DNA of 64,000 nucleotides from a bacterium (GTDB lineage Bacteria > Vulcanimicrobiota > Vulcanimicrobiia > Vulcanimicrobiales > SCRA01): assembly GCA_004297985.1 (NCBI GenBank), contig SCRA01000027.1, forward strand, positions 360-64,359, given 5' to 3'. Below the pieces are notes generated by a model. It was not told where the DNA came from and searched no databases. It worked only from the letters and a program-made list of their open reading frames with translations. The translations under genes and the position numbers were made by a program. Numbering within the stretch: position 1 is the first letter of the stretch; each line of letters starts with the position of its first letter. This document shows, piece by piece, positions 49,751-59,479 of this stretch.

Positions 49751-50466
49751 GCGACGTGCTGCTGCGCGTGGAGAGCCTCCACTCCGGCTATGGGCGCATC
49801 GAAGTGCTCCACGGCGTCTCGCTCGAGGTACGCGAAGGCGAGCTCGTCTCGATCGTCGGCGCGAACGGTGCGGGGAAGACCACGCTGCTGCTGACGCTCA
49901 GCGCGCTGGTGCGGACGCGCGCGGGCAGCACGACGCTCGACGGCGTGCGCCTCTCCGGACTGCGGCCCCATGCCATCGTGGCGCGCGGGCTGATCCACGT
50001 CCCCGAAGGCCGCTTGATCCTCGCGCAGATGTCGATCGAGGAGAACCTCCAGCTCGGTGCGGCACGCACGCCGGCCGCCCAGCGGCGCGCCGCCATCGAT
50101 GCGATGTACGCCCGCTTCCCCGTCCTCGGCGAGCGGCGTGCGCTGCCGGCGGGCTCGCTCTCCGGGGGCGAGCAGCAGATGCTGGCCATCGCGCGCGGCC
50201 TGCTGGCCAAGCCGCGTTTGCTGCTGCTGGACGAGCCCTCGATGGGCCTGGCGCCCAAGCTCGTCGACGCCATCTTCTCCATCATCGCCGAAGTGCGGGC
50301 CAGCGGCACGGCCGTGCTGCTCGTCGAGCAGAACGCACGCAAGGCACTGGCACTGGCCGATCGGGCCTACGTGCTGGAGCGCGGGCGAATCACGCTCTCC
50401 GGGCCGGGTAGCGAGCTGCTGCACCAGCCCGCCGTCGTCGAAGCCTACCTCGGATCACACGCCTAA
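49747..50466 (+). CDS. HAAT ABC transporter ATPase (LivF-like)
   Basis: GANGAGKTT, VPEGR, LSGGEQQMLA, LDEPSMGLAP. Confidence 0.93.
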   Translation: MSDVLLRVESLHSGYGRIEVLHGVSLEVREGELVSIVGANGAGKTTLLLTLSALVRTRAGSTTLDGVRLSGLRPHAIVARGLIHVPEGRLILAQMSIEENLQLGAARTPAAQRRAAIDAMYARFPVLGERRALPAGSLSGGEQQMLAIARGLLAKPRLLLLDEPSMGLAPKLVDAIFSIIAEVRASGTAVLLVEQNARKALALADRAYVLERGRITLSGPGSELLHQPAVVEAYLGSHA

Positions 50467-50495
50467 GTGGCATGGCGCGGTCCTCCGTCGTTCCA

Positions 50496-51026
50496 TTATG
50501 GGTGGGATCGGTAGAGCACACACCGCTGGAGCGACGTGCCGAGAGCGTGAGGATGATCGAAGTCATCGTGCGGATCGTGTGTCATGCCGAGGCGTTGCAT
50601 CACGCGTTGTGATGGAATGTTGCTTGCGGCCGTGAGCGCGACGACTTCGTCCAGCTTCAGGGTGGTGAAGGCGTAATCGAGCACGGCGCGCCCGCCTTCG
50701 GTGGCGTAACCGTTGCCCCAATGTTCGCGCGGTAAGAGCCAGCCGACTTCGATCGCGGGTGTGAAAGCGGCCGTAAACTTCACGTTCTGTAGCAGAATGA
50801 TCCCAGCAAACGACGCGCCGCCGTTCACCTCGATCGCCCAGTAGCCATAGCCCTTGGTCTCGAGCAGCCGGCGATAATGGGTAGCCGCCGCTTCGGCGCT
50901 GGCGCGCGGTATGGGTGTGGGCGAGACGTACCGCGTCACATCGGGATCAGCCGCCATGGCGAGATACGGTTCCATGTCGGCGTCGGTCAATGGCCGCAGC
51001 CGCAAGCGCGGCGTCTCGATGATCAT
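50496..51026 (-). CDS. GNAT (RimJ/RimL-type) N-acetyltransferase
   Basis: IETPRLRLR, EVGW, WGNGYATE, N.PSQRVMQRLGM; start ATG 51026. Confidence 0.9.
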   Translation of the reverse strand: MIIETPRLRLRPLTDADMEPYLAMAADPDVTRYVSPTPIPRASAEAAATHYRRLLETKGYGYWAIEVNGGASFAGIILLQNVKFTAAFTPAIEVGWLLPREHWGNGYATEGGRAVLDYAFTTLKLDEVVALTAASNIPSQRVMQRLGMTHDPHDDFDHPHALGTSLQRCVLYRSHP

Positions 51027-51309
51027 GACGCTGCGTTCTTCGCGATTGGCGCCGAATAATCGAAACCGGGATTCTCCATATGACCATCCTTTTCGGGCCA
51101 ATGCCGGGCGATTCCGGCCGTTCTTTTGTGCTCTTGGCCAGCCAAAGCGTCGGCGGTCGAAATCGAGTCGCAAAACGCCGTTTTCGGCTTCACCCGTCGG
51201 GTTCGTCACATTTGCCTGACATGCTGTGCGCAAATTAGCTGCTTATCATAGCAACATCCCTCGACTCGTCAGCGACTTTACGAAGTCATCTGGCGAACGC
51301 GGGTATACA

Positions 51310-51992
51310 TCATTGTCGCGCCTCGAGACCTGACGTTGAGGCGATCCCCTGCGCAGCCGTTCCTAGGGATACGAGGTCGCGTGTGAAGAGCGACACCAAA
51401 ACGTTCGACGAAACGCAGCCATTGCTTGGAATCAGAAGGCGACCGACCGAATCGATGTAGATTGGCGCTGAACCGACGTCAACTGTTGTCGATTGCACAG
51501 CTTTGGCGTCACCGTGCGGATAGCGCGTGAGTATCGTCTTACCGTCACCGCAGCCGCCACTGAGTACGTACAGGTCGCCGGTGTGCGACTCTGCCATGTT
51601 GTCCCGCCGTAGATCGACGTGTCTCCTGCGAAAGCCGCCACCTTCCGTTGCCGACCTGTCAGAACGTTGACGCAATAGACGTCATTTCCGTTCGCTTCCA
51701 CAGCTCCACATTCGTCCGATATGATGACGTCGTTGCCAGATGTTCTTACTAACGTAATTCGAGCAGGCGACGAGACACGAAGCGCTACGTCCTTCACGTG
51801 CCAGCCATTTACAGCATGGGAGACTACAGAGAGTTGCCGGTCGCCCGCTGCTAAGAACGTGATGTTCTGGATCCCTAAATGCTGCTCTTTGGGCATGGAG
51901 CAAGCTGGAGTAAGGAGAGCTATTAGAACCAGCATAAGCGCATGGATGACGCGTGGTTTAGGTACGCTAAGCGAATAGCACGCGCGATTCAT
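51310..51992 (-). pseudogene. Probably frameshifted lipoprotein with beta-propeller-like blades
   Basis: Lipobox-like LLTPAC; protein-like sequence continues in another frame after ~51605 (MAESHTGDLYVLSGGC...IDSVGRLLI); region visibly lower in GC. Confidence 0.5.
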
Positions 51993-52343
51993 GAGCGGCA
52001 TGCTCCAGGCAGCGTTCGCAAATTGTTCAATAGTGCCAACAATTGCGCGCTCGCTAGGCTCGAGACGTGCGACGGCCGCAGATCACGGATCTGAAGCGCG
52101 GCGCGGGCCAGCGAGTGCTTACCCAACGACGCAATACGCCCGTCCGTCAGAACATAAAAGGATCTCTAAGCGATGTCATCCCCTGCGAATGGCATCCTTT
52201 GTATAATTTCTGTAAAAGAACTTTCCAGCCGCGGCCGCAGCCGATGCTTTCGAGCCGGCACGAGGCCCGCCACCGGCCCACCGTTGCCCAAGTATACGTA
52301 GGGCCTAGGATCATATGCCTGGGAAAGGAAATCGAGGCCCTTC

Positions 52344-53060
52344 ATGGTGCACGTCGGGACAAGCGGCTGGAGCTTCACGCAGTGGCGCGACCACTTCTAC
52401 CCGCACGAACTTTCGCAAAAACAATGGCTCGCGTACTATGCGCGACACTTCTCCACCGTCGAGCTGAATGCCGCATTCTATCGCGTCCCGAGCGATGCGA
52501 CGATCGCAGGCTGGCGGGACGGCGTGCCCGGCGGGTTCCTGTTCTCCGTCAAGGCATCGCAGCGGCTCACGCATCGGCGTGAGGCCCCAACCATCGTTGA
52601 CGTCGAGTGGTTCGTCACGCGGCTCGAAGCGCTCGGGGATCGCCTCGGGCCGTTTCTCTTCCAGTTCCCGCCGACGCGCAAACGCGACGACGAATGGCTT
52701 CGGGCATACCTCGCCGCCCTTCCAGCGGGCTCCCGCTACGCGTTCGAGTTTCGCCACCCTTCGTGGTACGACGACGCCATTTTCACGGCATTGAAAGAGC
52801 GCGGCGTCGCGCTCGTCATGAGCGATCATCCCGGTGCGGCGTCAGAGGCGGTGCGGACAACGGACTTCGGCTACGTGCGTCTCCGCGGCCCCGCAGGAAA
52901 CGACGAGCGCTATCCGCCGGAGGAGCTGGATGCAGCCCTGCGCCGCATCCAGCGGCTCTTCGATCCAGCGTGCGATATCTACGTCTACTTCCACCACGGT
53001 GTCGCAGGCATCCAGGATGCCCTGGCTCTCCCGGAGCGTTGCGGCATCAGCCCGCGCTGA
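52344..53060 (+). CDS. DUF72 family protein
   Basis: HVGTSGW, YYARHFSTVELN..FY, VKA, QFPP, EFRHPSW, YVRLRG. Confidence 0.92.
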   Translation: MVHVGTSGWSFTQWRDHFYPHELSQKQWLAYYARHFSTVELNAAFYRVPSDATIAGWRDGVPGGFLFSVKASQRLTHRREAPTIVDVEWFVTRLEALGDRLGPFLFQFPPTRKRDDEWLRAYLAALPAGSRYAFEFRHPSWYDDAIFTALKERGVALVMSDHPGAASEAVRTTDFGYVRLRGPAGNDERYPPEELDAALRRIQRLFDPACDIYVYFHHGVAGIQDALALPERCGISPR

Positions 53061-53087
53061 GGTCGAGAACGCCGATCCGTTGCGGCG

Positions 53088-53723
53088 TCAACGGCGCACC
53101 GTCAGGAGGCGCAGCACGTCGTGCGGATAGGGACACTCCGGGCGCGGGCAGCGCTCGCCCTCGACGCGCTCTTTCGCGACCAACTCCCAGGGCGCCATCG
53201 CTCGCACTTCCTCCTCCGTGAACAGCGTCTTGATATGGTGGTGTGCGAAGAACGAGCGCTCGGCGCGCTCCTCTTGGGCTGCCTCGCGGCGCATGCGCTC
53301 CTCGGCACCACCGGCTAGATGGACCGAGAGATAGAGATAGCCTCCTGGCGCGACCGCACGACGCAGACGCTCCGCGACATCGACGGCACGCGCGATCTTG
53401 AACGCGTGAAGGACGATCGCGGCGATAACGATGTCATAGGAGCGTTGCGGCTCCCAACTCCGCAGATCGACGGCGCTTGCATGGAGTGCCAGCCCGGCTT
53501 CGCGCGCGCGGGACGCGCAACGCTCGACCGCGGCCTCGGAGCTGTCGATCAGCTCGGCCGCGACCCCCGCGCGCGCGAGCCAGAGCGCATGGCGGCCTTC
53601 ACCGCCGCCGGCGTCGAGCGCGCTGCGCACGCCCCCGAGCGGCAGGTGCTGGACCAAGAACGCGTCGGGGGCCTCGCCGTAGACGCTCTCGGAGCCCGCA
53701 TAGAGTGTATCGAAAAAGCTCAT
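53088..53723 (-). CDS. Class I SAM-dependent methyltransferase (TehB-like)
   Basis: ALDAGGGEGRHALWLAR, YDIV, APGG; ATGA overlap with the upstream crotonase gene. Confidence 0.85.
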   Translation of the reverse strand: MSFFDTLYAGSESVYGEAPDAFLVQHLPLGGVRSALDAGGGEGRHALWLARAGVAAELIDSSEAAVERCASRAREAGLALHASAVDLRSWEPQRSYDIVIAAIVLHAFKIARAVDVAERLRRAVAPGGYLYLSVHLAGGAEERMRREAAQEERAERSFFAHHHIKTLFTEEEVRAMAPWELVAKERVEGERCPRPECPYPHDVLRLLTVRR

Positions 53724-54517
53724 GTACCCGTATACCTCCCGCGGCGGCGTTCGCTGCGCGCGGCCAACGCCTCCCAGTGATCGGCCGAGATCCAGGCACC
53801 GGCAAAGGCCGCTGCCTCGCGCTCCAAGTCCTCGTCGGCATCGCCCAGCGGCACATTCAGCATCTGCTTGATGGTGCGTACGGCGAGCGGCGGATGGGAT
53901 GCGATCTTCCGGGCAATCTCGAGCGTCTCCGCCAGCGCAGCGCCTGCCGGGGCGATGCGGTCCACGAGACCGTACGTCAAGGCCCGCGGCGCGTCGACCA
54001 CTTCGCCCGTCGACATCAGCAAGAAGGCCGTTGACCGCGCGAGCAGCTCCCGGGCACGGGAGATACCGCGCCAGGCGGGAGTCACGCCGATCGTCACTTG
54101 TAAGAAACCTACGCGTCCCCGCTCGTCCAGCACGCGCGCATCCGCGGCGAGGGCGAACTCGAGCCCTCCGCCGTATGCGTCGCCGTTCATCGCCGCCAGC
54201 ACCGGAAACGGCGCGTTACGGATAGCGCGTGCAAGACGCTGCATTCGCAGCGACATCTCCTCGGCCTGTTCGCGCGTCCGTAATCCCGCGAACTCCTTGA
54301 GGTCGCCGCCGGACGTGAAAGTCTTCTCACCGGCCCCGGTGACCACAAGGCAGCCCAGGAGCGGATCGCCTGCGGCCTCCGCGAGCACCTCGGTAATCTC
54401 ATCGATCATGCCGAGGCTGATCGCATTGTGAACCTCCGGGCGACTCAGCGTAATGATGAGGACATGCTCGCTCGCGCGCCGGTTTAAAGCGATCGTCGCG
54501 TAACTCTCGCGCGCCAA
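53720..54517 (-). CDS. Crotonase-superfamily enzyme, possibly an alkylmalonyl-CoA decarboxylase (ECHDC1-like)
   Basis: RPEVHNAI, FTSGGDL, AYGGGLE; second catalytic Glu replaced (GFLQVTIGVTPAWRG); start TTG 54517 after AAGGGGG, or ATG 54541. Confidence 0.8.
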   Translation of the reverse strand: MARESYATIALNRRASEHVLIITLSRPEVHNAISLGMIDEITEVLAEAAGDPLLGCLVVTGAGEKTFTSGGDLKEFAGLRTREQAEEMSLRMQRLARAIRNAPFPVLAAMNGDAYGGGLEFALAADARVLDERGRVGFLQVTIGVTPAWRGISRARELLARSTAFLLMSTGEVVDAPRALTYGLVDRIAPAGAALAETLEIARKIASHPPLAVRTIKQMLNVPLGDADEDLEREAAAFAGAWISADHWEALAARSERRRGRYTGT

Positions 54518-54527
54518 AAAAGCCCCC

Positions 54528-54556
54528 TTGTCTAAAAACATTTAGTATGCTATCGT
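54528..54556 (+). promoter_or_regulatory. Putative sigma-70 promoter for the mutase operon
   Basis: TTGTCT-17nt-TATCGT with extended -10 TGn in an AT-rich divergent intergenic region. Confidence 0.45.
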
Positions 54557-54667
54557 GCCAGTATAGATCAGTTTTCAGCGAGAATCTAGTGGCGTTGAGC
54601 GCCGGGCAGGCTCCACTCGAATCGAGCAACCTCTAGCGATGTGGTATAGGGGGGTGTCGGCGTTTCA

Positions 54668-56263
54668 TTGAGCGAGAAGCGTGACTTTACGACGCCGTCG
54701 GGCATTCCGCGCAAGGCCTTCTACGGACCCGCCGATTGGAACGGATCGCGCTACGCCGAGCAGGTGAACGACCCCGGCGTCTTTCCATTTACGCGCGGCG
54801 TCAAGAGCGAAGGCTACCGGCGCAAGCTCTGGACGATGCGTCAGTACTCCGGCTTCGGCACCGCTCAAGAGTCGAACGCGCGCTACCGCTACCTCCTCGA
54901 CCAGGGACAGACCGGCCTCAGCGTCGCGCTCGACCTCCCCACCCAGCTCGGTTACGATTCCGACGACCCGCGCGCCGAGGAGGAAGTCGGGCGCGTCGGC
55001 GTCGCGATCGACACGCTCGAAGATATGGAGCATCTCTTCGCGGGCATCCGCCTCGACGAGATCACGACCTCCTTCACCATCAACGCCACCGCGGCCGTGC
55101 TCCTGGCGATGTACGTCGCCGTCGCCAAGCGCCAAGGCGCCGATCTACGGCGCATCTCCGGGACGATCCAGAACGACATTCTCAAGGAATACGTCTCGCG
55201 GGGCACGTGGATCTACCCGGTCGAGGCCTCGCTTCGCCTCATCGTCGATACCATCGAGTACTGCGCCGGCGAAGTCCCGCGCTTCAACGCCATCAGCGTC
55301 GCCGGCGCGCACTTTCGCGATGCCGGTGCGACCGCCGTACAGGAGCTCGCTTTCACGCTCTCCGACGGCATCACGTACGTCGAGCGCTGCCTTGCGCGCG
55401 GAATGGCAGTCGATGCCTTCGCAAGCAATATCAGCTTCTTCTTTTATACGCACAGCGACTTCTTCGAGGAGATCGCGAAATATCGCGCCGCCCGCCGCAT
55501 CTGGGCGCGCGTGATGCGCGAGCGTTTTTGCGCGCAGAATCCGCGCTCGTGGGCCTTCCGCTTCGGCCTGGTCTGCGGCGGAAGCACGCTCCAGGCCGAA
55601 CAGCCCATCAACAACGCGATCCGCGTCGCCTACGAGGCGATGGCCTCGATCTTCGGCGGTGCGAGCTCCATCTTCACCGCCGCCTGGGACGAGCCGTTCG
55701 CGATTCCTACGGAGCAAAGCGCTGAGCTCGCCCTGCGCACGCAGCAGATTCTCGCCTTCGAAACCGGAAGCGCCGAGGTGGCCGACCCTCTGGGAGGGTC
55801 GTACTACGTCGAGTCGCTGACGGACGCGACGGAGCGCGAAGTCTGCGCATTGATGGAAGAGATCGAGGGGCAAGGCGGGATGGTTCCCTGCGTCGAGAGC
55901 GGCTACATCCAGCAATTGATCGCCGACCAGGCCTACCAGCGCCAGCGGCGTCTCGAGTCCGGCGACGAGGTGGTCGTCGGCGTCAACTGCTTCCGTACCG
56001 AAGGCTCGACACGCAATCTGGAGCTCTTCCAGATCGACGATTCCTCCGTGCATCGCCAGATCGACAGCCTGCGCGCCGTCAAAGAGCGTCGCGACGGCGC
56101 GCGCGCCGAGCGGGCGCTCGAGGCGCTGCGCGCGGCGACGGGGAGCGGGGAGAATCTGATGCCGCCGTTGATCGAGGCCGTCGAATCCCTGTGCACGCTG
56201 GGCGAAATCTGCGGCCTGCTGCGCGGCATCTTCGGCGAGTTCCGCGAGCCGATCGTCATCTGA
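54668..56263 (+). CDS. AdoCbl-dependent acyl-CoA mutase, large (substrate-binding) subunit
   Basis: [66 protein letters not shown]. Confidence 0.93.
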   Translation: MSEKRDFTTPSGIPRKAFYGPADWNGSRYAEQVNDPGVFPFTRGVKSEGYRRKLWTMRQYSGFGTAQESNARYRYLLDQGQTGLSVALDLPTQLGYDSDDPRAEEEVGRVGVAIDTLEDMEHLFAGIRLDEITTSFTINATAAVLLAMYVAVAKRQGADLRRISGTIQNDILKEYVSRGTWIYPVEASLRLIVDTIEYCAGEVPRFNAISVAGAHFRDAGATAVQELAFTLSDGITYVERCLARGMAVDAFASNISFFFYTHSDFFEEIAKYRAARRIWARVMRERFCAQNPRSWAFRFGLVCGGSTLQAEQPINNAIRVAYEAMASIFGGASSIFTAAWDEPFAIPTEQSAELALRTQQILAFETGSAEVADPLGGSYYVESLTDATEREVCALMEEIEGQGGMVPCVESGYIQQLIADQAYQRQRRLESGDEVVVGVNCFRTEGSTRNLELFQIDDSSVHRQIDSLRAVKERRDGARAERALEALRAATGSGENLMPPLIEAVESLCTLGEICGLLRGIFGEFREPIVI

Positions 56264-56658
56264 TGCGCATCGTCATCGCTAAGCCCGGACTCGACGGACA
56301 CGATCGCGGGGCGAAGGTCATCGCGCGTGCTCTCGCTGATTCCGGCGCGGAGGTGATCTATACGGGATTGCGCCAAACGCCCGAGCAGATCGCGGCGACC
56401 GTCGTTCAAGAGGATGCCGGCGCCGTGGGTTTGAGCATCCTCTCCGGGGCGCACGTGAGCCTAAGCCGCAAGCTCATCGCATGTCTGCGGGCACAAGGCG
56501 CCGGAGATATCCCGGTGCTGGTGGGCGGAGCGATCCCGCCCGGCGACGTCGAGACCCTCCGTGCGTTGGGCATCGCCGAAGTGTTCCCCACCGGATCCCC
56601 GCTGGCCGAGGTCGTCGCCGCCTTCATGCGTTACGAGCGCGATGGTGCAAAGCGATGA
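56263..56658 (+). CDS. AdoCbl-dependent mutase, small cobalamin-binding subunit
   Basis: [10 protein letters not shown] (DxHxxG), SILSGAH, GGAIP; ATG overlaps the large-subunit stop. Confidence 0.95.
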   Translation: MRIVIAKPGLDGHDRGAKVIARALADSGAEVIYTGLRQTPEQIAATVVQEDAGAVGLSILSGAHVSLSRKLIACLRAQGAGDIPVLVGGAIPPGDVETLRALGIAEVFPTGSPLAEVVAAFMRYERDGAKR

Positions 56659-57377
56659 ACGCCGCGATCCGGCGCATCGAACCGCTTCCCCTCGACCGCG
56701 CGTCGTCGCTCTCGGTGCGCACCCTCACCCATCTGCGCGACCTCATCATCGCGGGACGCATCTTGCCGATGACTTGGCTGCGCATGGCCGACATCGCCGG
56801 CGGGCTCGGCACGAGCATCACCCCGGTCCGTTCCGCGCTCCTGGCGCTCGAGCGCGAAGGGCTGGTGGAGATCGCCAAGGCACGCGGCGTGCGCGTGATC
56901 CCGATGACGCGCGCGGATATTCGCGACGCGTATCTCATGCATGAATTTCTCTGCGGAGAGATGGCTGCTCGTGCCGCGCTTACCATCGATGAGCCGCTGC
57001 TCCAGGCATGCCGGGCGCTCCAGCGGCGCATGGAGCGTGCGCTCACGCAACGCTCCAGCGAAACCATCGATGGGCTCAATTGGGAATTTCATCGTGTCAT
57101 CAACGGGTGCGCGCACTCACCGCGCCTTGCCCGCATGCTCCGCCAGGTGACGCGCAGCGTCCCGCACGCGTTCCACCGCCTGGTTCCCGGATGGTCGAGA
57201 AAAGCGATGCCACACCATCGCGCTCTCATCGAAGCTCTGGCATCGGGCTCCGCCGAAGCGGCGCGCACGACGGCCCAACTGCACGTGCGCGTCGGCTGCG
57301 AGCTTCTGCTCGTACGTCTCGAACGTTCAGGTTACTGGAAGAAAGGGACTCATTCACCGCTATCGTCATCATCGTAA
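56655..57377 (+). CDS. GntR/FadR (FCD) family transcriptional regulator
   Basis: [35 protein letters not shown]. Confidence 0.9.
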   Translation: MNAAIRRIEPLPLDRASSLSVRTLTHLRDLIIAGRILPMTWLRMADIAGGLGTSITPVRSALLALEREGLVEIAKARGVRVIPMTRADIRDAYLMHEFLCGEMAARAALTIDEPLLQACRALQRRMERALTQRSSETIDGLNWEFHRVINGCAHSPRLARMLRQVTRSVPHAFHRLVPGWSRKAMPHHRALIEALASGSAEAARTTAQLHVRVGCELLLVRLERSGYWKKGTHSPLSSSS

Positions 57378-57387
57378 GGAGGCTGCC

Positions 57388-58590
57388 ATGAGGAGAACCC
57401 GCCTGCAGGTGATCGCCGCCGGGGTTGCGGCAACGGCTTTTGTCTTCGTGCTCGGAGGCCCACGCCTTGCCGCGAGCGCCGCCGACAAACCCATCGTCAT
57501 CGGAGCATCGATCTCGGAGACGGGGGCCTACGCCGACAGCGGCAAGCTCGCGCTTCAAGGGTACCAGCTCTGGGTCAAGCAGCAGAACGCCACGGGCGGC
57601 CTGCTGGGACGCCAGATCGAGCTCAAGACCTACGACGACGCAAGCGACCCCGCCACGGCGGTGCGCCTCTACCAACGTCTGATCGATCAGGACCACGTCG
57701 ACCTGATCGTCGGCCCATACTCCAGCGCGGTCACGGCCTCGGTGGCCAACGTGGCGCAGCAGCATCACATGCCCATGATATCCCCCGAGGTCGCCTCCAC
57801 GGCGCCCTTCCAGCGCGGGTTCACGGAGATCTTCCAAGGCATCCAGATCGCCGCCGACTACGTCGAGGGGCCGATGGCGATCGCCAAGGAGAAGGGCTTC
57901 AAGACGATCGCCGTTACCGGTGAAGACACCCTCTTCCCACGCTCGGTCGTCTCCGGGGTCGATGATCTCGCGAAGAAGATGGGCATGACGATCGTCTTCA
58001 ACCAGCTCTACCCGCATAACGCCTCCGATTACTCCTCGATCGTCGAGAAGATGAAGCAGTCCAATCCCGACATCGTCCTGGCCGCTTCGTATCTTCCCGA
58101 CTCGGTGGGTCTGCTGCGCGCGATGAAGCAGGCAAACTTCGCGCCGAAGCTCGTCTACGAAGGCGTTGGCCCAACCGAGCTCTCTTTCGGCACCCAGAAC
58201 GGGAAGGATGCCGATGGCGTGATGGGCACCGGTAACTGGAGCGCCGAGCTCAAGACGCAGGGGAACGCAACGTTCGTCAAGGCCTTCGAATCGACGTTCG
58301 GCCATCCGCCGGACTACCATGCGGCATCGAATTACGCGGCGCTCGAGGTACTGGGCGAGGCCGTCAAGCGCGTGGGCTCGCTCGACTCCGCGAAGCTGCG
58401 CGATCAACTCGCTACGTTGACGATGCCGACCGTCATGGGCACGTACAAGGTGGATCCGAAGACCGGTATCCAGCAAGGCTACAAATCGCTGGTCTTGCAG
58501 TGGGTGAACGGGAAGCAATTCGTCGTCCATCCCAAGTCGTTGGCACAACAGCCGCCGGCTCTGCCATTTCCTTCGTGGTCCACGCGCTAA
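57388..58590 (+). CDS. HAAT ABC transporter substrate-binding protein
   Basis: Signal peptide, IGASISETG, GGLLGRQIEL..YDD.SDP, GPYSS. Confidence 0.9.
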   Translation: MRRTRLQVIAAGVAATAFVFVLGGPRLAASAADKPIVIGASISETGAYADSGKLALQGYQLWVKQQNATGGLLGRQIELKTYDDASDPATAVRLYQRLIDQDHVDLIVGPYSSAVTASVANVAQQHHMPMISPEVASTAPFQRGFTEIFQGIQIAADYVEGPMAIAKEKGFKTIAVTGEDTLFPRSVVSGVDDLAKKMGMTIVFNQLYPHNASDYSSIVEKMKQSNPDIVLAASYLPDSVGLLRAMKQANFAPKLVYEGVGPTELSFGTQNGKDADGVMGTGNWSAELKTQGNATFVKAFESTFGHPPDYHAASNYAALEVLGEAVKRVGSLDSAKLRDQLATLTMPTVMGTYKVDPKTGIQQGYKSLVLQWVNGKQFVVHPKSLAQQPPALPFPSWSTR

Positions 58591-58603
58591 GAATCCGACC
58601 GCG

Positions 58604-59479
58604 ATGCATGCAGCGCTCATCGGCCAACTGACGATCGACGGCCTGCTGGTCGGCGGTGTCTATGCGCTCTCGGCCCTGGGGCTCAACGTGATCTTCGGGG
58701 TGATGCGCATCGTCAACCTTGCCCATGGCGAGTTCGTCATCGGGGCGGCGCTGCTCGCCGCGGTCCTCTTCGAGCGGTGGCACGCGAATCTGTTCGTCGT
58801 GCTGCCGCTCGCCTTCGTGCTGGCATTCGGGCTAGGCGCGCTGATCCAGCGCGCCTTTCTCCGGCGCCTGCCGGAGGATCTCGCGTCCGCGGAGACCACG
58901 TCGCTGCTGATGACCTTCGGACTCTCGTACTTTTTCGTCGGGGCGTGGCTCGCGTTCTTCAGCGGAAACTTCCGCTCCGTTCCCTATCTCACCGGCGCCT
59001 GGACGATAGGACCCTTCTCCATCGCGCAGGCGCGCCTAGTCGCCTTTGTCGCCTCCGGCATCATCGCAGTGCTGTTGGCGATGTTGCTTCGCTACACCGC
59101 GCTCGGACGCTCGATCCGCGCCACCAGCCAAAACCTTCAGGGCGCGCTCGCGTGCGGCGTCGACGTCGAGCGCGTGCGCACCCTGAGCTTCGCGCTGGGA
59201 ACCGCGATCGCGGCAGCCTCCGGCTGTCTTCTCATCCTCATCTTCACCGTTAACCCCGAGACTGGAGCAAACGTCACGCTCGCCTCCTTCGCCGTCATCG
59301 CACTCGGCGGTCTCGGGAACTACGCCGGTACGCTGGTTGGAGCGGCCGTCATCGGCCTTGCTGTCTCGTTCACCGGCTACTTCGCCACGGCGCAAGTGGC
59401 GCAGGCCGCTCCCTACGTGCTCTTCATCCTGGTGCTGCTGGTGCGACCGGCGGGTATCCTGGGAAAGAGCGGCGCATGA
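58604..59479 (+). CDS. HAAT ABC transporter permease (LivH-like)
   Basis: GGVYAL.ALGL..IFGVM.IVNLAHGE, GRSIRA, GGLG. Confidence 0.92.
   Translation: MHAALIGQLTIDGLLVGGVYALSALGLNVIFGVMRIVNLAHGEFVIGAALLAAVLFERWHANLFVVLPLAFVLAFGLGALIQRAFLRRLPEDLASAETTSLLMTFGLSYFFVGAWLAFFSGNFRSVPYLTGAWTIGPFSIAQARLVAFVASGIIAVLLAMLLRYTALGRSIRATSQNLQGALACGVDVERVRTLSFALGTAIAAASGCLLILIFTVNPETGANVTLASFAVIALGGLGNYAGTLVGAAVIGLAVSFTGYFATAQVAQAAPYVLFILVLLVRPAGILGKSGA

Noticed and set aside
51030..51300. Possible IS end or remnant in the non-coding stretch after the GNAT start (also 52000-52340)
   Set aside because: No transposase fragment or matching terminal repeats could be identified by eye
54557..54667. Cobalamin riboswitch upstream of the mutase
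   Set aside because: The leader is short and lacks recognisable B12-box elements such as GGGAA and GCCACTG
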